Shown here: positions 9,122 through 20,925 of the stretch, piece after piece
Layout: each line of letters opens with the position of its first letter
Numbering within the stretch: the stretch's first letter is position 1
From: an uncultured delta proteobacterium
Lineage (GTDB): Bacteria; Desulfobacterota; Binatia; UBA9968
Length of the DNA stretch: 64,000 bases
Direction of reading: 5' to 3'
Assembly: GCA_963771465.1 (NCBI GenBank)
Contig: CAVYTU010000014.1
Location: 1,088,001 to 1,152,000 of the forward strand
The notes under the pieces: generated by a model
Seen by the model: only the letters and a program-made list of their open reading frames with translations
The model's database searches: none
Told to the model about the DNA's origin: nothing
Position numbers and translations under genes: made by a program

Positions 9122-10039
9122 GTGACGATCCGCACTGCCATCGCTCAGATCAACCCAAAGCTTGGCGACCTCCAAGCGAACCTTGCGCTGTACGAAGCGA
9201 AAATTCGCCAGGGAATCGAACATCGCGCCGAGCTGCTGCTGTTTCCCGAGTTGAGCCTGACCGGTTACTTTCTGCGCGATACCGTACCCAACGTGGCGCT
9301 GACGCTCGATTCAGTCGAAATGACCGCGCTCAAAAGATTGAGCCGCGAACTGCCCTTCGTCGCCGGGCTGGTCGAGGAAAGCGCCGATCACCGCTTTTTT
9401 AATTCTGCGGTCTATTTCGAGGACGGCGAGATTCGCCACGTGCATCGGAAAGTTTATTTGCCGACCTATGGGATGTTCGACGAGCAGCGCTATTTCGCCA
9501 GAGGTGACCGGGTGCGTGCCTTCGATTCCAAGTTTGGCCGCTTGGTGCTGCTCATCTGCGAGGATCTCTGGCACCCATCGACGATCTATCTGGCGGCGCT
9601 CGATGGCGCGTTGGCGGTGATCTGTCCGTCGTCGAGTCCGCTCCGCGGTGTCGTCGATGACCAGGTCCAAGACGACAACGCGCGCTACTGGGAGATGATC
9701 AACCGGGCTTATGCCGAGACTTATAGTTTGTTCATGCTCTACGCCAACCGCTGTGGCTTTGAAGATGGCGTCGGCTTTTGGGGCGGGTCGGAGATCGTCG
9801 ATCCTTTTGGCCAGCGGCTGGCCAAAGCGAAATATTACGACGAGGATTTTATCGTCAGCGAAGTCGCCTTCCAAGCGGTGCGGCGCAAGCGGACGATGTC
9901 GCCATTATTGCGCGACGAAGATATGGATCTGACGATCAACGAGCTAATGCGCATTCGCGAGCGGCCGGCGGCGACCAAGGGGGTTCAAAAGTTCAAAAGT
10001 TCAAGGGCTCAAGGTTTCCGCAAACCGAAGAAGCGATAA
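9122..10039 (+). CDS. Nitrilase/carbon-nitrogen hydrolase; probable glutaminase subunit of NAD synthetase
   Basis: [27 protein letters not shown] and ICEDLW (E-K-C triad); GAGGA RBS before GTG 9122; adjacent to nadE. Confidence 0.85.
   Translation: MTIRTAIAQINPKLGDLQANLALYEAKIRQGIEHRAELLLFPELSLTGYFLRDTVPNVALTLDSVEMTALKRLSRELPFVAGLVEESADHRFFNSAVYFEDGEIRHVHRKVYLPTYGMFDEQRYFARGDRVRAFDSKFGRLVLLICEDLWHPSTIYLAALDGALAVICPSSSPLRGVVDDQVQDDNARYWEMINRAYAETYSLFMLYANRCGFEDGVGFWGGSEIVDPFGQRLAKAKYYDEDFIVSEVAFQAVRRKRTMSPLLRDEDMDLTINELMRIRERPAATKGVQKFKSSRAQGFRKPKKR
9983..10014 (+). repeat. Degenerate 8-mer tandem repeat within the nitrilase 3' end
   Basis: GTTCAAAA GTTCAAAA GTTCAAGG GCTCAAGG. Confidence 0.7.
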
Positions 10040-10089
10040 CGATCGCGCATCGAACGAATTGCCGCGAGCGACTCAGCTTGCACTCTCCC

Positions 10090-10911
10090 ATGATCCAAAT
10101 TCCCACCAACACTACTTTGTTGCGCGAGATTCTTACCGCGTTCATTCGTAACGAGGTGCACAAGACCGGCCTTAAGCGCGTGGTCATCGGTTTGTCCGGC
10201 GGCGTCGATTCGGCGCTGAGCGCAATGCTCGCCGCAGAGGCCCTCGGGCCGAAAAACGTCTTGGGTATTTTAATGCCGTACAAAAGCTCCAATCCAGACA
10301 GCCAGGAGCATGCTGAGCTGGTCGCGCAACAAAGCGGCATTGAAACTCTGCTGGTGGAAATCACGCCGCAGATTGACGCCTATTTTGCCAAGTTTGCGGA
10401 CGCGGATGCGCGCCGGCGCGGCAATAAGATGGCGCGCGAGCGAATGACGATTCTCTACGATCACTCGGCGCGCTGGAACGCGTTGGTGTTGGGTACAAGC
10501 AATAAGACCGAGCTGCTGCTGGGCTACGGTACGCTCTACGGCGACATGGCTTCAGCGATCAATCCAATGGGTGATCTCTATAAAACTCAGGTGTGGGCGC
10601 TGGCCGAAGCGGTCGGCGTGCCGCCCGCTATCGTGCAAAAAGACCCGTCCGCCGATCTTTGGGTCGGCCAGACCGATGAAGGCGAGTTGGGGTTTACCTA
10701 TCGTGAAGTCGACAAATTGCTCTTCTTAATGGTCGATCAGCGCTACACCCGGGCGGAGCTGATCGCCGCTGGCTTTCCCGAACGCTTTGTCGACGAAGTC
10801 GCGCTCGGCATTATGAATTCGCAATTCAAACGGCGTCTGCCGGTCATCGCCAAGGTGTCGCAGCGCACGATTGACCGTGATTTTCGCTATTCCAGAGACT
10901 GGGGCAAATGA
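10090..10911 (+). CDS. nadE: NAD+ synthetase (single-domain synthetase)
   Basis: [32 protein letters not shown] and [12 protein letters not shown] motifs; ATG at 10090. Confidence 0.93.
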   Translation: MIQIPTNTTLLREILTAFIRNEVHKTGLKRVVIGLSGGVDSALSAMLAAEALGPKNVLGILMPYKSSNPDSQEHAELVAQQSGIETLLVEITPQIDAYFAKFADADARRRGNKMARERMTILYDHSARWNALVLGTSNKTELLLGYGTLYGDMASAINPMGDLYKTQVWALAEAVGVPPAIVQKDPSADLWVGQTDEGELGFTYREVDKLLFLMVDQRYTRAELIAAGFPERFVDEVALGIMNSQFKRRLPVIAKVSQRTIDRDFRYSRDWGK

Positions 10912-10912
10912 C

Positions 10913-11056
10913 GGTCGACGATCGAGAATCGATGATTGAGGATGGAAAAATCCAATTCTCATTCTGCGATCTCGGTCGCCGCTACAAAAAATTCTGTCAA
11001 GTAAACCGCGTTAACTCGGTCGCAGTTCTCGATCCTCCATCCTCAATCCTCGACCG
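10913..11056. repeat. Inverted pair of degenerate heptamer arrays
   Basis: GGTCGAC GATCGAG AATCGAT GATTGAG GATGGAA (10913-10947) versus TTCTCGA TCCTCCA TCCTCAA TCCTCGA CCG (11026-11056). Confidence 0.7.
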
Positions 11057-11071
11057 GTCTGGGATTCTCTA

Positions 11072-11914
11072 ATGGCGGGGCGGCTCTACATCGTCCCCAC
11101 TCCCATCGGTAACCTTGAAGATATCACTCTGCGCGCGCTGCGGATTCTCAAAGAAGTCGATTTGATCGCGGCGGAGGACACGCGTCACACGCAGCATCTA
11201 TTAACTCACTTCGGTATCGATAAACCGCTGACCAGTTATCACGACCATAACGAACGAGAAAAAGCGCTGGCGCTGGTGCAGCAGATCAAGAACGGCGCAA
11301 GCGTCGCGCTGGTTTCCGATGCCGGCACGCCGGCGATCGCCGATCCGGGATTTCGCCTGGTGAGTGCGGCGATTCGCGCTGGCATTCAAATCGTGCCGCT
11401 GCCGGGCGCGTCGGCGCTGGCGACTGCCCTAAGCGCCAGCGGTTTGCCCACCGATCGGTTTTTGTTCGAAGGTTTTTTGCCGGCGAAGAAGCAAGAGCGA
11501 AAGAGCAAGCTGCAAGAGCTGCGTGATTGCACCGCGACTTTGGTTTTTTACGAGGCGCCGCATCGGTTGAATGACACGCTGGGTGACATGCAGCAGATTC
11601 TCGGCGAGCGTGCCATCGTCATCGCGCGCGAAGTGAGCAAAGTTCACGAGGAGTTTCTGCGCGGTACAGTGAGCGAGGTGATTCACCAGCTCACCGGTCG
11701 GGAAGTAAAAGGCGAGATGACTATCGTCGTGCACGGCTCGACGGGTGAAGCGCGAGTCACTGAAGAGCAGTTACGATCCGATATCCAGCGATTGATCGGT
11801 GAGGGAGTCGGCGTCAAGGAAATATCCGAATTGTTCGGAGAACGCTATGGTTTATCCAAACGCGAGGTTTACCGTTTGACGCTCGCGATCAAGAGTCAAA
11901 AGGGCGCGAAATGA
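11072..11914 (+). CDS. rsmI: 16S rRNA C1402 2'-O-methyltransferase
   Basis: LYIVPTPIGNLEDIT, AAEDTR, LVSDAGTPAIADPG and FYEAPHR motifs. Confidence 0.95.
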   Translation: MAGRLYIVPTPIGNLEDITLRALRILKEVDLIAAEDTRHTQHLLTHFGIDKPLTSYHDHNEREKALALVQQIKNGASVALVSDAGTPAIADPGFRLVSAAIRAGIQIVPLPGASALATALSASGLPTDRFLFEGFLPAKKQERKSKLQELRDCTATLVFYEAPHRLNDTLGDMQQILGERAIVIAREVSKVHEEFLRGTVSEVIHQLTGREVKGEMTIVVHGSTGEARVTEEQLRSDIQRLIGEGVGVKEISELFGERYGLSKREVYRLTLAIKSQKGAK

Positions 11915-12090
11915 CGGGCGCGCTTTACCCTAATTCCGTAGCCCGCGCGCATGGGGCGCAATCCATGGATTCATCGCGCGCTATGCGGCGGCTTGCCGAC
12001 ACCTTTGAAACATAACCGTTGGGTGCCTCCGCGACTCCAGGCTCACAGCGCGTTCGATCGAGGTTCTACCTGCAACTGCGAAATTCGCGC

Positions 12091-12381
12091 TTAGCGGCGA
12101 ATGCTAAAGCCGTAAAAATTATTTTCCGGTTTTTCCCAACCAACTTCGACACTGGCGACGCGGGCGCCGGTGGGGCCTTGGCGGCACCAGGCGATTAGCT
12201 CATCAAGTTTTTGCCGCGCGCCCTCGGCGACCGCTTCCACCGAGCCATCGGGACAGTTCATCACCCATCCCGTTAGCCCCAATTTCTGCGCCTCCTGGAG
12301 CGTCGATGCACGATAGTAAACTCCCTGGACGCGCCCGTGGATTTTCAGATGCACGCGAGTCATTTCACCGGCGACAACCAT
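12091..12381 (-). CDS. acyP: Acylphosphatase
   Basis: GRVQGVYYR, GWVMNCPDGSVEAVAEG and WCRQGP motifs. Confidence 0.92.
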   Translation of the reverse strand: MVVAGEMTRVHLKIHGRVQGVYYRASTLQEAQKLGLTGWVMNCPDGSVEAVAEGARQKLDELIAWCRQGPTGARVASVEVGWEKPENNFYGFSIRR

Positions 12382-12461
12382 GATCGTCTACGGATTGCTC
12401 TAGCCCAGAGCCAACCGCGCTACAAGTCCTGATACCGCGAGAGACCACAGCGCAAATAGAT

Positions 12462-12491
12462 TTGACAAGCGACCGGCGACTTTTGTAGGCT
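12462..12491 (+). promoter_or_regulatory. Sigma70-like promoter of the RRM gene
   Basis: TTGACA-18 nt-TAGGCT about 140 nt upstream of ATG 12629. Confidence 0.5.
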
Positions 12492-12628
12492 GGCGCCGTT
12501 TTGCAAGGGTCCGGTTACCGAAGAGCGCGCCAACAGGTTCCCGTGCGTGAGACTGGTTTGAGGCCTTGCCCTTTGGCTACGTCGATCCCCGAGATTGAGC
12601 ATTCGTCGATTCAACAAGGAGGGTCAGT

Positions 12629-12946
12629 ATGGGAGCAAAGTTATATGTTGGAAATCTTCCCTACAACGTCACGGAAGATCGACTGCAGCAACATTTTGCA
12701 CAACATGGCTCGGTGCTGAGCGCGCGCATCATCACCGACAAATTCAGCGGCCGTTCCAAGGGTTTCGGCTTTGTCGAGATGAGTTCGGATCAAGACGCCG
12801 AGAAGGCGATCAACGCGCTCAACGGCACCGACTTCGAAGGCCGCAACATCGTGGTCAGCGAAGCGCGCCCGCAAGCGCCGCGCGAACCGCGTTCCGGTGG
12901 TGGCGGGTTCGGCGGCGACCGGCCACCGCGGCGCGACCGCTATTAA
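12629..12946 (+). CDS. RRM RNA-binding protein with Gly-rich tail
   Basis: RNP2 KLYVGNL, RNP1 KGFGFVEM; AGGAGG RBS. Confidence 0.95.
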   Translation: MGAKLYVGNLPYNVTEDRLQQHFAQHGSVLSARIITDKFSGRSKGFGFVEMSSDQDAEKAINALNGTDFEGRNIVVSEARPQAPREPRSGGGGFGGDRPPRRDRY

Positions 12947-13150
12947 CCAGCGCGCCAACGGTAAGCACCCGCACGCCAAGCTCCTGAGTTTTCTTGAGCT
13001 TGCTGCCGCGGTCGCTGCCGGCAACCTCGTAGGTGGTGTTGCCACCGTACAAAGGTCGCGCCGGTGAGCGCGCGCAACAACTTGGCGACCACTTCACGAT
13101 TTTCACCCTGGGCAAGAAGTGCGCGCGCACGATTTTAGCTGCGCCGTTGG
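12945..13150 (-). pseudogene. ligA: Decayed remnant of a second ligA 3' end (HhH tail plus BRCT)
   Basis: Minus-strand pieces in shifting frames: VRAHF / LAQGENREVVAKLLRA-LTGATFV / NTTYEVAGSDRGSKLKKTQELGVRVLT. They are colinear with LigA C-terminal motifs. Confidence 0.7.
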
Positions 13151-13203
13151 GATCGAAACTAACGGTCGAGGTCACATATATTAGATGGCAATCGTGGATT
13201 CTC

Positions 13204-15393
<2,190 letters not shown>

Positions 15394-15531
15394 TCATCGA
15401 TCCCTGAATCGCCGGGATGACAAGGCAAGCTGAGTAATGCCGCGCCATAAAAATTAGCATAGTTGCGCGATCGAATGAAGATCGACGATCGCTACATTGA
15501 CCGTCTCAGACCAGCGTGTTAAACCATCGAA

Positions 15532-17277
15532 ATGGGTACTCGCATTTTTCGGACGGCCGTTTTACTGGGCTTTTTGTCCGGCTGCACCACGACGGTACCT
15601 GAAGTCCAGATGCCGCCGGACGGCATTTCGTGGACGCCAGAGGGGCCATTCCGTAACCAACCGAAAGCCGACATTCCTGCCGAGGCTTTAGCCTACAATC
15701 ACTTTCTCAGGGGCCACGCGTCGCTCGGCGAGGGCGACTTTGAGACGGCGCTCAAAGAATACGAAGCGGCAACCCAGGCAAAACCCGATGAAGCGTTCTT
15801 GCGTTTCCGATTGGCAACGATGTATTTGCGCAAGGGCGATCTTAAGAAAGCGCTCGTCGAAGCCGAAGCGGCGGCCAAGTTCGATCCGAAAAGCGTCGAT
15901 CATCATTTGTTGCTGGCGGGACTCTATTCCTCTGTGGGCGACAGTCAAAGGGGCCTGGCTGAGTACAATGAAGTTCTCAAGCTCGATGCCACGAATCAAG
16001 AAGCGCTGCTCTATCTTGGCGCCCTGTACTTACAGTTGGACGACTACGCGCAGTCGACGCAGCGATTAGATGAGCTGCTCAAGCTCGATCCCAACTCAGC
16101 CCTCGGTCACTATTATCTCGGCCGCGTGCGCGCCAAGAGCAAACTCTATTTGGCCGCCGAACAGAGTTATCGCAAGGCGTTAGAGATCAATCCTAAATCC
16201 GAAGCGGTCTTGATGGATCTGGCTTTGGTTTATGAGCTTGACGGCAAGACCGAAGACGCGATTCAGACCTACCAGCGTTTGCTGCAAGTCAACGCGCAGA
16301 ATGTTTGGGCGCGGCGCCGCTTGGGCGAGCTTTATGTCGGACAGAACAAACTCGATGACGCGCTACGCCAGTTCGAAACCCTTGAAGGCGCGGAAACCGA
16401 TCCACGCGAAACTCGGATCAAGATCGGTCTGATTTCCTTTGAGAAGGGCGACTTCGAACGAGCTGCCACGGAATTCAACCTGGTTCTTGCCGGCGACCCC
16501 GAGAACGATCGGGCGCGCTATTATCTCGGCGCCACCTACGTCGAGCTCAAGTCCGATGACAAGGCGCTGGAGGCGTTCGAGCGTGTGCCGGAGAAAAGCG
16601 AGCTTTACGTCGACGCCCGCGTCCAGGCGGCTTACCTCTACGATCGCAAGGAACAGACTCGAAAAGCGATCGAGGTTTTGCAGCCGGCGCTTAAGACGCG
16701 CAACGACCGCAAAGAGCTGCACGCGTTCCTGAGCTCACTTTACCGCAAGTCCAAGGATTATCCGCGGGCGATTCAAGCGATGGAGCGGGTGGTCGTGCTC
16801 GATCCCAAGAGCGACGAGGCGCATTTTCAGTTGGGCGCGCTTTACGATGAGAACAAGAACAAAGACAAATCCATCGCGGCGATGAAGCGGGCCATCGAGA
16901 TCAATCCCAAGAACGCCCCGGCGCTCAACTACCTGGGTTACACTTGGGCCGAAATGGGCGTCCAATTGGACGAAGCCGAGGATTTGATTCAACGGGCGCT
17001 GAAGATTACGCCCAATGACGGCTTTTATATTGATAGCCTGGGCTGGGTCTATTATCAGCGCGGCGATTTCGCGCGCGCCGTGGAGCACTTGGAGAAAGCC
17101 GTCGAACTCACGGTGGACGATCCGACGATCATCGAACATCTGGCCGACGCCTATGAAAAGATCGGTAGACAGGAACGCGCCGTGACGCGCTACCGGGATG
17201 CACTCAAACACACCAAAGAAGCGGAACAAACCAAGCGCATCCGCGAGAAAATCCAGCGACTGGAGAGAAAGATTTGA
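15532..17277 (+). CDS. TPR-repeat lipoprotein
   Basis: FLSGC lipobox, many TPRs, ALNYLGYTWAE and YIDSLGWVYY motifs. Confidence 0.85.
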   Translation: MGTRIFRTAVLLGFLSGCTTTVPEVQMPPDGISWTPEGPFRNQPKADIPAEALAYNHFLRGHASLGEGDFETALKEYEAATQAKPDEAFLRFRLATMYLRKGDLKKALVEAEAAAKFDPKSVDHHLLLAGLYSSVGDSQRGLAEYNEVLKLDATNQEALLYLGALYLQLDDYAQSTQRLDELLKLDPNSALGHYYLGRVRAKSKLYLAAEQSYRKALEINPKSEAVLMDLALVYELDGKTEDAIQTYQRLLQVNAQNVWARRRLGELYVGQNKLDDALRQFETLEGAETDPRETRIKIGLISFEKGDFERAATEFNLVLAGDPENDRARYYLGATYVELKSDDKALEAFERVPEKSELYVDARVQAAYLYDRKEQTRKAIEVLQPALKTRNDRKELHAFLSSLYRKSKDYPRAIQAMERVVVLDPKSDEAHFQLGALYDENKNKDKSIAAMKRAIEINPKNAPALNYLGYTWAEMGVQLDEAEDLIQRALKITPNDGFYIDSLGWVYYQRGDFARAVEHLEKAVELTVDDPTIIEHLADAYEKIGRQERAVTRYRDALKHTKEAEQTKRIREKIQRLERKI

Positions 17278-18092
17278 TCTCGCTCCGTCGCTGCGCAACC
17301 GCTCCATTCGGGCCCATCGTTTTTTATCTGCTGGTCACGTTCAGTTTCTACTTGACGGGATGCGCGACGGTTGCCAAGACGCTGGCGCCCCAACCGCCAA
17401 CGCCGCAGTGGGAATCGGCCAAGTTGATCGAGGCGCTCAGCCAGCGGCGCAAGCAGTTTCGCTCGCTGCGCGCATTGGCGCACGTCAATTATTCGGGGCC
17501 GGAAGGCAAGCATGGGTTCGACGAAGCGGTTTTGGTGCAGCGCCCCGATCGCCTGCGTTTGGAGACGCTGTCGATGTTGGGAGCGATTCTCATCGTCACC
17601 GCCAACGGTAAAGAGATTATCGGCTATCACCCGCGCGAAGGCGTGATGGTGCGCGGTCAGAGCACGAAAGTGAACTTGCTGCGCTACACGCAAATTCCCC
17701 TGGAGCTGGACGAAATCACCTCGCTCCTTGCAGGGTTGCCGCCGGTGGACGCTTCTGGCCCCTGGCGCCAGGAGGGAAACTCGTTGATGTTCTCGCCCAA
17801 CGGCAATCTGAAAGACTCAGTCGCGTTCGAGTCGTCGCAGCCGTTGCCGACCCAGTGGCAGCGTTTCAACGGCAGCGGCGCGGTGGAATTGACCGCCCAG
17901 TTTTCCGACTACATCACGACAGCGGCGGGTTTATTTCCGTCCAAGATCAATATCGAAGCGCCGCTGCAAAAGAAAAAGTTGGAAATCCGTTTTCAAGGAC
18001 CGGAATTGAACGCGACGATTCCCGCCGACTCTTTTTCACAACCAAAGCCGCCCCACGTGAAGGAGATTCCCATCGAGATGATCGGGAGTTGA
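17274..18092 (+). CDS. LolA/LolB-fold (DUF4292-like) lipoprotein
   Basis: LTGC lipobox, RPDRLRLE motif, beta-rich; follows the TPR gene. Confidence 0.55.
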   Translation: MISLRRCATAPFGPIVFYLLVTFSFYLTGCATVAKTLAPQPPTPQWESAKLIEALSQRRKQFRSLRALAHVNYSGPEGKHGFDEAVLVQRPDRLRLETLSMLGAILIVTANGKEIIGYHPREGVMVRGQSTKVNLLRYTQIPLELDEITSLLAGLPPVDASGPWRQEGNSLMFSPNGNLKDSVAFESSQPLPTQWQRFNGSGAVELTAQFSDYITTAAGLFPSKINIEAPLQKKKLEIRFQGPELNATIPADSFSQPKPPHVKEIPIEMIGS

Positions 18093-18098
18093 GCAAAG

Positions 18099-19868
18099 AT
18101 GCGACCCAGCTGGCGACTGATCGTTGCCCTGCTATTTATTATTGGCTGTGGTGACAAAAGCGAAGTCAAAGTCGCCGATGTCAAACCGGAAACGAGCACC
18201 GAAGACGCCGGCAAGCCTGTGACCGGGGATTGGCTAATTTATCACGAGCTCAGTGATCCCGAGCAACTTAACCCACTCACCAGCAGTGACGCGGTCTCCA
18301 GCGACATCAGCGCATTCATGTTTGAGGCTTTGCTTACCCGTGACCCGCGCACATTGGAAATCAAACCGCTTATCGCTGAGGCGCGGCCGGAAATTGCGCA
18401 GGATAAACTCACCTATACATTCAAGATTCGCAAAGATGCGCGCTTTCAAGATGGCCGTCCAGTAAGCGGCGAAGATGTCCTGTTCAGCGTTAAGGCCGTC
18501 AAGTGTCCGTTTGTCAACGCGCCGTTTCTCCGTGTCTATTACAATTCTTTGATTGATGCCGAGCTCATTGATCCTTATACCATCCGCTTTGTAACCAAAG
18601 AGCCTTACTTTCAGAACGAAAGCGTTTTGGGTGGCGTTCCGCTGCTACCGCGGCATTACTATGATCCGGATAACCTATTGCAGCGCGTATCGGTGAAGGC
18701 GCTCGCCCAAGATCCCGCTAAACTTCCGCCGGAAGTAAAGCAGTTCGGCGAGCAGTTCAATAAGAATTACAATCGCAATCCGCTGGGGTCAGGTCCGTAC
18801 AAATTCAACGGCTGGAAAACCGGTAGCGATATCGAGTTAATTCGTAATCCCAATTATTGGGGCAACGGCAAGGAGAGAATTGATCAACCCCACTTGGATC
18901 GTCTCAAATTTCGCTTCGTGAACAACATGGACGCGGCGCTGAATCGGCTCAAAAGCGGCAGTCTTGACTACATGGAAGCGTTACAGCCGGTGCAGGCGGT
19001 CCGAGGCACAGCTAGCGAAAGGTTTAACCGCGAATTCAAAAAATACGAATACTATGCTCCGACATACACCTATATCGGGTGGAACAACGAGCATCCGATT
19101 TTTCGCGATAAGCGCGTGCGCCAGGCGATGACTTATTTAACCGACCGCAAGCTGATCGTCAAAAGCGTACTGTTTGGCTTGGGAGAAGTCGTCGACAGCC
19201 ATATTTATCTTTTCCGGCCTGAGTACGACAAAAGCCTAGTTAGTTATCCGTTCGATCGACAAAAGGCGCTGGCCTTGCTCGGTGAGGCAGGTTGGAAAGA
19301 TACGGACGGCGATGGTGTGCTCGATAAAGTGGTTGACGGTAAGCGAATTCCGCTGCGATTCGAAATCAAGGTGAACTCGGGCAACGCGCTTCGTAAAAGT
19401 GTGGCGCTGGTATTGCTGGATGAGCTAAAAAAGCACGGCATCGCCGCCAGTGTTCGCGAACTCGACTGGACGATCTTTCTCAACGACGTTAAGAATCATC
19501 ATTTTGACGCGGTGGTTCTAGGCTGGCAGATGTCGACGATCGAACCCGATGCCTACCAGGTGTGGCACTCGACACAAGCGGCCAACAAGGGTTCCAACGC
19601 GATCAGTTATAAAAACTCACGGGTCGACGAAATCCTCGAAAAGTACCGGCGTGAATTTGACGCGCAAAAACGCATTGAAATGTACAAGGAGTTCCAGCAG
19701 ATCCTGCACGAGGAGCAGCCTTACACGTTTCTGTTTGTCTCGAAACGGATTTCTGTGGTGCATCGTCGTTTTCAAGGCGTCGAGGTTTTTCCCGACGGTC
19801 TTCGGCCCATCGATTGGTGGGTTCCCACGAGAAATCAAAAATTTGCAACCACGATAGCTGCCCAATAA
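18099..19868 (+). CDS. oppA: Peptide ABC transporter substrate-binding protein (family 5)
   Basis: Lipobox IIGC; LNPL, YTFKIRKDARFQDG, GSGPYKF and VRQAM motifs. Confidence 0.9.
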   Translation: MRPSWRLIVALLFIIGCGDKSEVKVADVKPETSTEDAGKPVTGDWLIYHELSDPEQLNPLTSSDAVSSDISAFMFEALLTRDPRTLEIKPLIAEARPEIAQDKLTYTFKIRKDARFQDGRPVSGEDVLFSVKAVKCPFVNAPFLRVYYNSLIDAELIDPYTIRFVTKEPYFQNESVLGGVPLLPRHYYDPDNLLQRVSVKALAQDPAKLPPEVKQFGEQFNKNYNRNPLGSGPYKFNGWKTGSDIELIRNPNYWGNGKERIDQPHLDRLKFRFVNNMDAALNRLKSGSLDYMEALQPVQAVRGTASERFNREFKKYEYYAPTYTYIGWNNEHPIFRDKRVRQAMTYLTDRKLIVKSVLFGLGEVVDSHIYLFRPEYDKSLVSYPFDRQKALALLGEAGWKDTDGDGVLDKVVDGKRIPLRFEIKVNSGNALRKSVALVLLDELKKHGIAASVRELDWTIFLNDVKNHHFDAVVLGWQMSTIEPDAYQVWHSTQAANKGSNAISYKNSRVDEILEKYRREFDAQKRIEMYKEFQQILHEEQPYTFLFVSKRISVVHRRFQGVEVFPDGLRPIDWWVPTRNQKFATTIAAQ

Positions 19869-19877
19869 CTATTCCTC

Positions 19878-20909
19878 ATGACCAGTTATCTTTTTCAACG
19901 TTTGCTATTTATGATTCCGACTTTCATTGGCATTACGATGATCGTATTTCTCATTGTCCGTTTGGCGCCCGGCGATCCGGCCGAACTGCGCGCCGCAGGC
20001 GGGCTCGGCGCCGCTGCGGGCGGCGGTATCTCGGTGGAAAAACGCGGCGCGGTGGACGAAGCGATGGCCCAGTGGCGGGCGCAGTACGGCCTCGATAAGC
20101 CGCTCTATGTTCAATATGCGGTATGGTTGAAGAATATTTTTACATTGAGTTTCGGCGATTCGTTCAAGGACAGCCAACCGGTGTGGGGCAAGATCGCCGA
20201 GCGAGTGCCGGTAACACTCAAGCTTAACTTCTGGTCGATCCTGGTGGTGTATTTGGTGGCAATCCCTTTGGGTATTTATTCGGCCACGCACCAAAATTCG
20301 ATTACCGATCAGGCGACAACTTTGCTTGCCTTCGTGTTGTTTGCCGTGCCGTTGGTTTGGGCCGCGACCATGGCGCTGGTGTTTATCTGCGGCGGCGATT
20401 TCTACTATTTCTTTCCCCCGGGCGGGCTGGAGTCGCTTGATGCTTCGGCGGATTGGCCGTGGTGGAAAAGATTTCAGGACCACGCCTGGCACTTGTTTTT
20501 ACCCGTGGTGCTGCTGTCCTACGACGGTTTTGCCGGATTATCGCGCTACATGCGTTCGAGCATGCTCGAAGTCTTGCGCCAAGATTATGTCCAAGTGGCC
20601 AGAGCGAAGGGGCTGGACGAGGGCGTCGTCGTTTTTAAGCATGTGCTACGGAACTCGCTGATACCGCAAATAACTTTACTCGCGTCTATTCTGCCCGGAC
20701 TGATCGGCGGCAGCGTGATTATCGAAACGGTATTTTCTATTCCCGGCCTCGGGCAACTCGGATTCGAGTCAGTCTTATCCCGCGATTATCCCGTGGTGCT
20801 TGCCCTTCTTGCGGTGACCTCGGTCCTAACGCTGATCGGCATTTTGATCTCAGATTTACTTCTGGCTGTCGTGGATCCGAGAATAGCTTTTGGCCGCAGA
20901 GCGCAATAA
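19878..20909 (+). CDS. oppB: Peptide ABC transporter permease
   Basis: LAPGDP, GLDKP, DYVQVARAKGL and IETVFSIPGLG motifs. Confidence 0.92.
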   Translation: MTSYLFQRLLFMIPTFIGITMIVFLIVRLAPGDPAELRAAGGLGAAAGGGISVEKRGAVDEAMAQWRAQYGLDKPLYVQYAVWLKNIFTLSFGDSFKDSQPVWGKIAERVPVTLKLNFWSILVVYLVAIPLGIYSATHQNSITDQATTLLAFVLFAVPLVWAATMALVFICGGDFYYFFPPGGLESLDASADWPWWKRFQDHAWHLFLPVVLLSYDGFAGLSRYMRSSMLEVLRQDYVQVARAKGLDEGVVVFKHVLRNSLIPQITLLASILPGLIGGSVIIETVFSIPGLGQLGFESVLSRDYPVVLALLAVTSVLTLIGILISDLLLAVVDPRIAFGRRAQ

Positions 20910-20925
20910 CCCCATTTCAGTGAAC

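Noticed and set aside
9778-10089. Long N-terminal extension of nadE suggesting a frameshifted fusion with the nitrilase
   Set aside because: The extension has no family similarity and both genes have their own plausible ends
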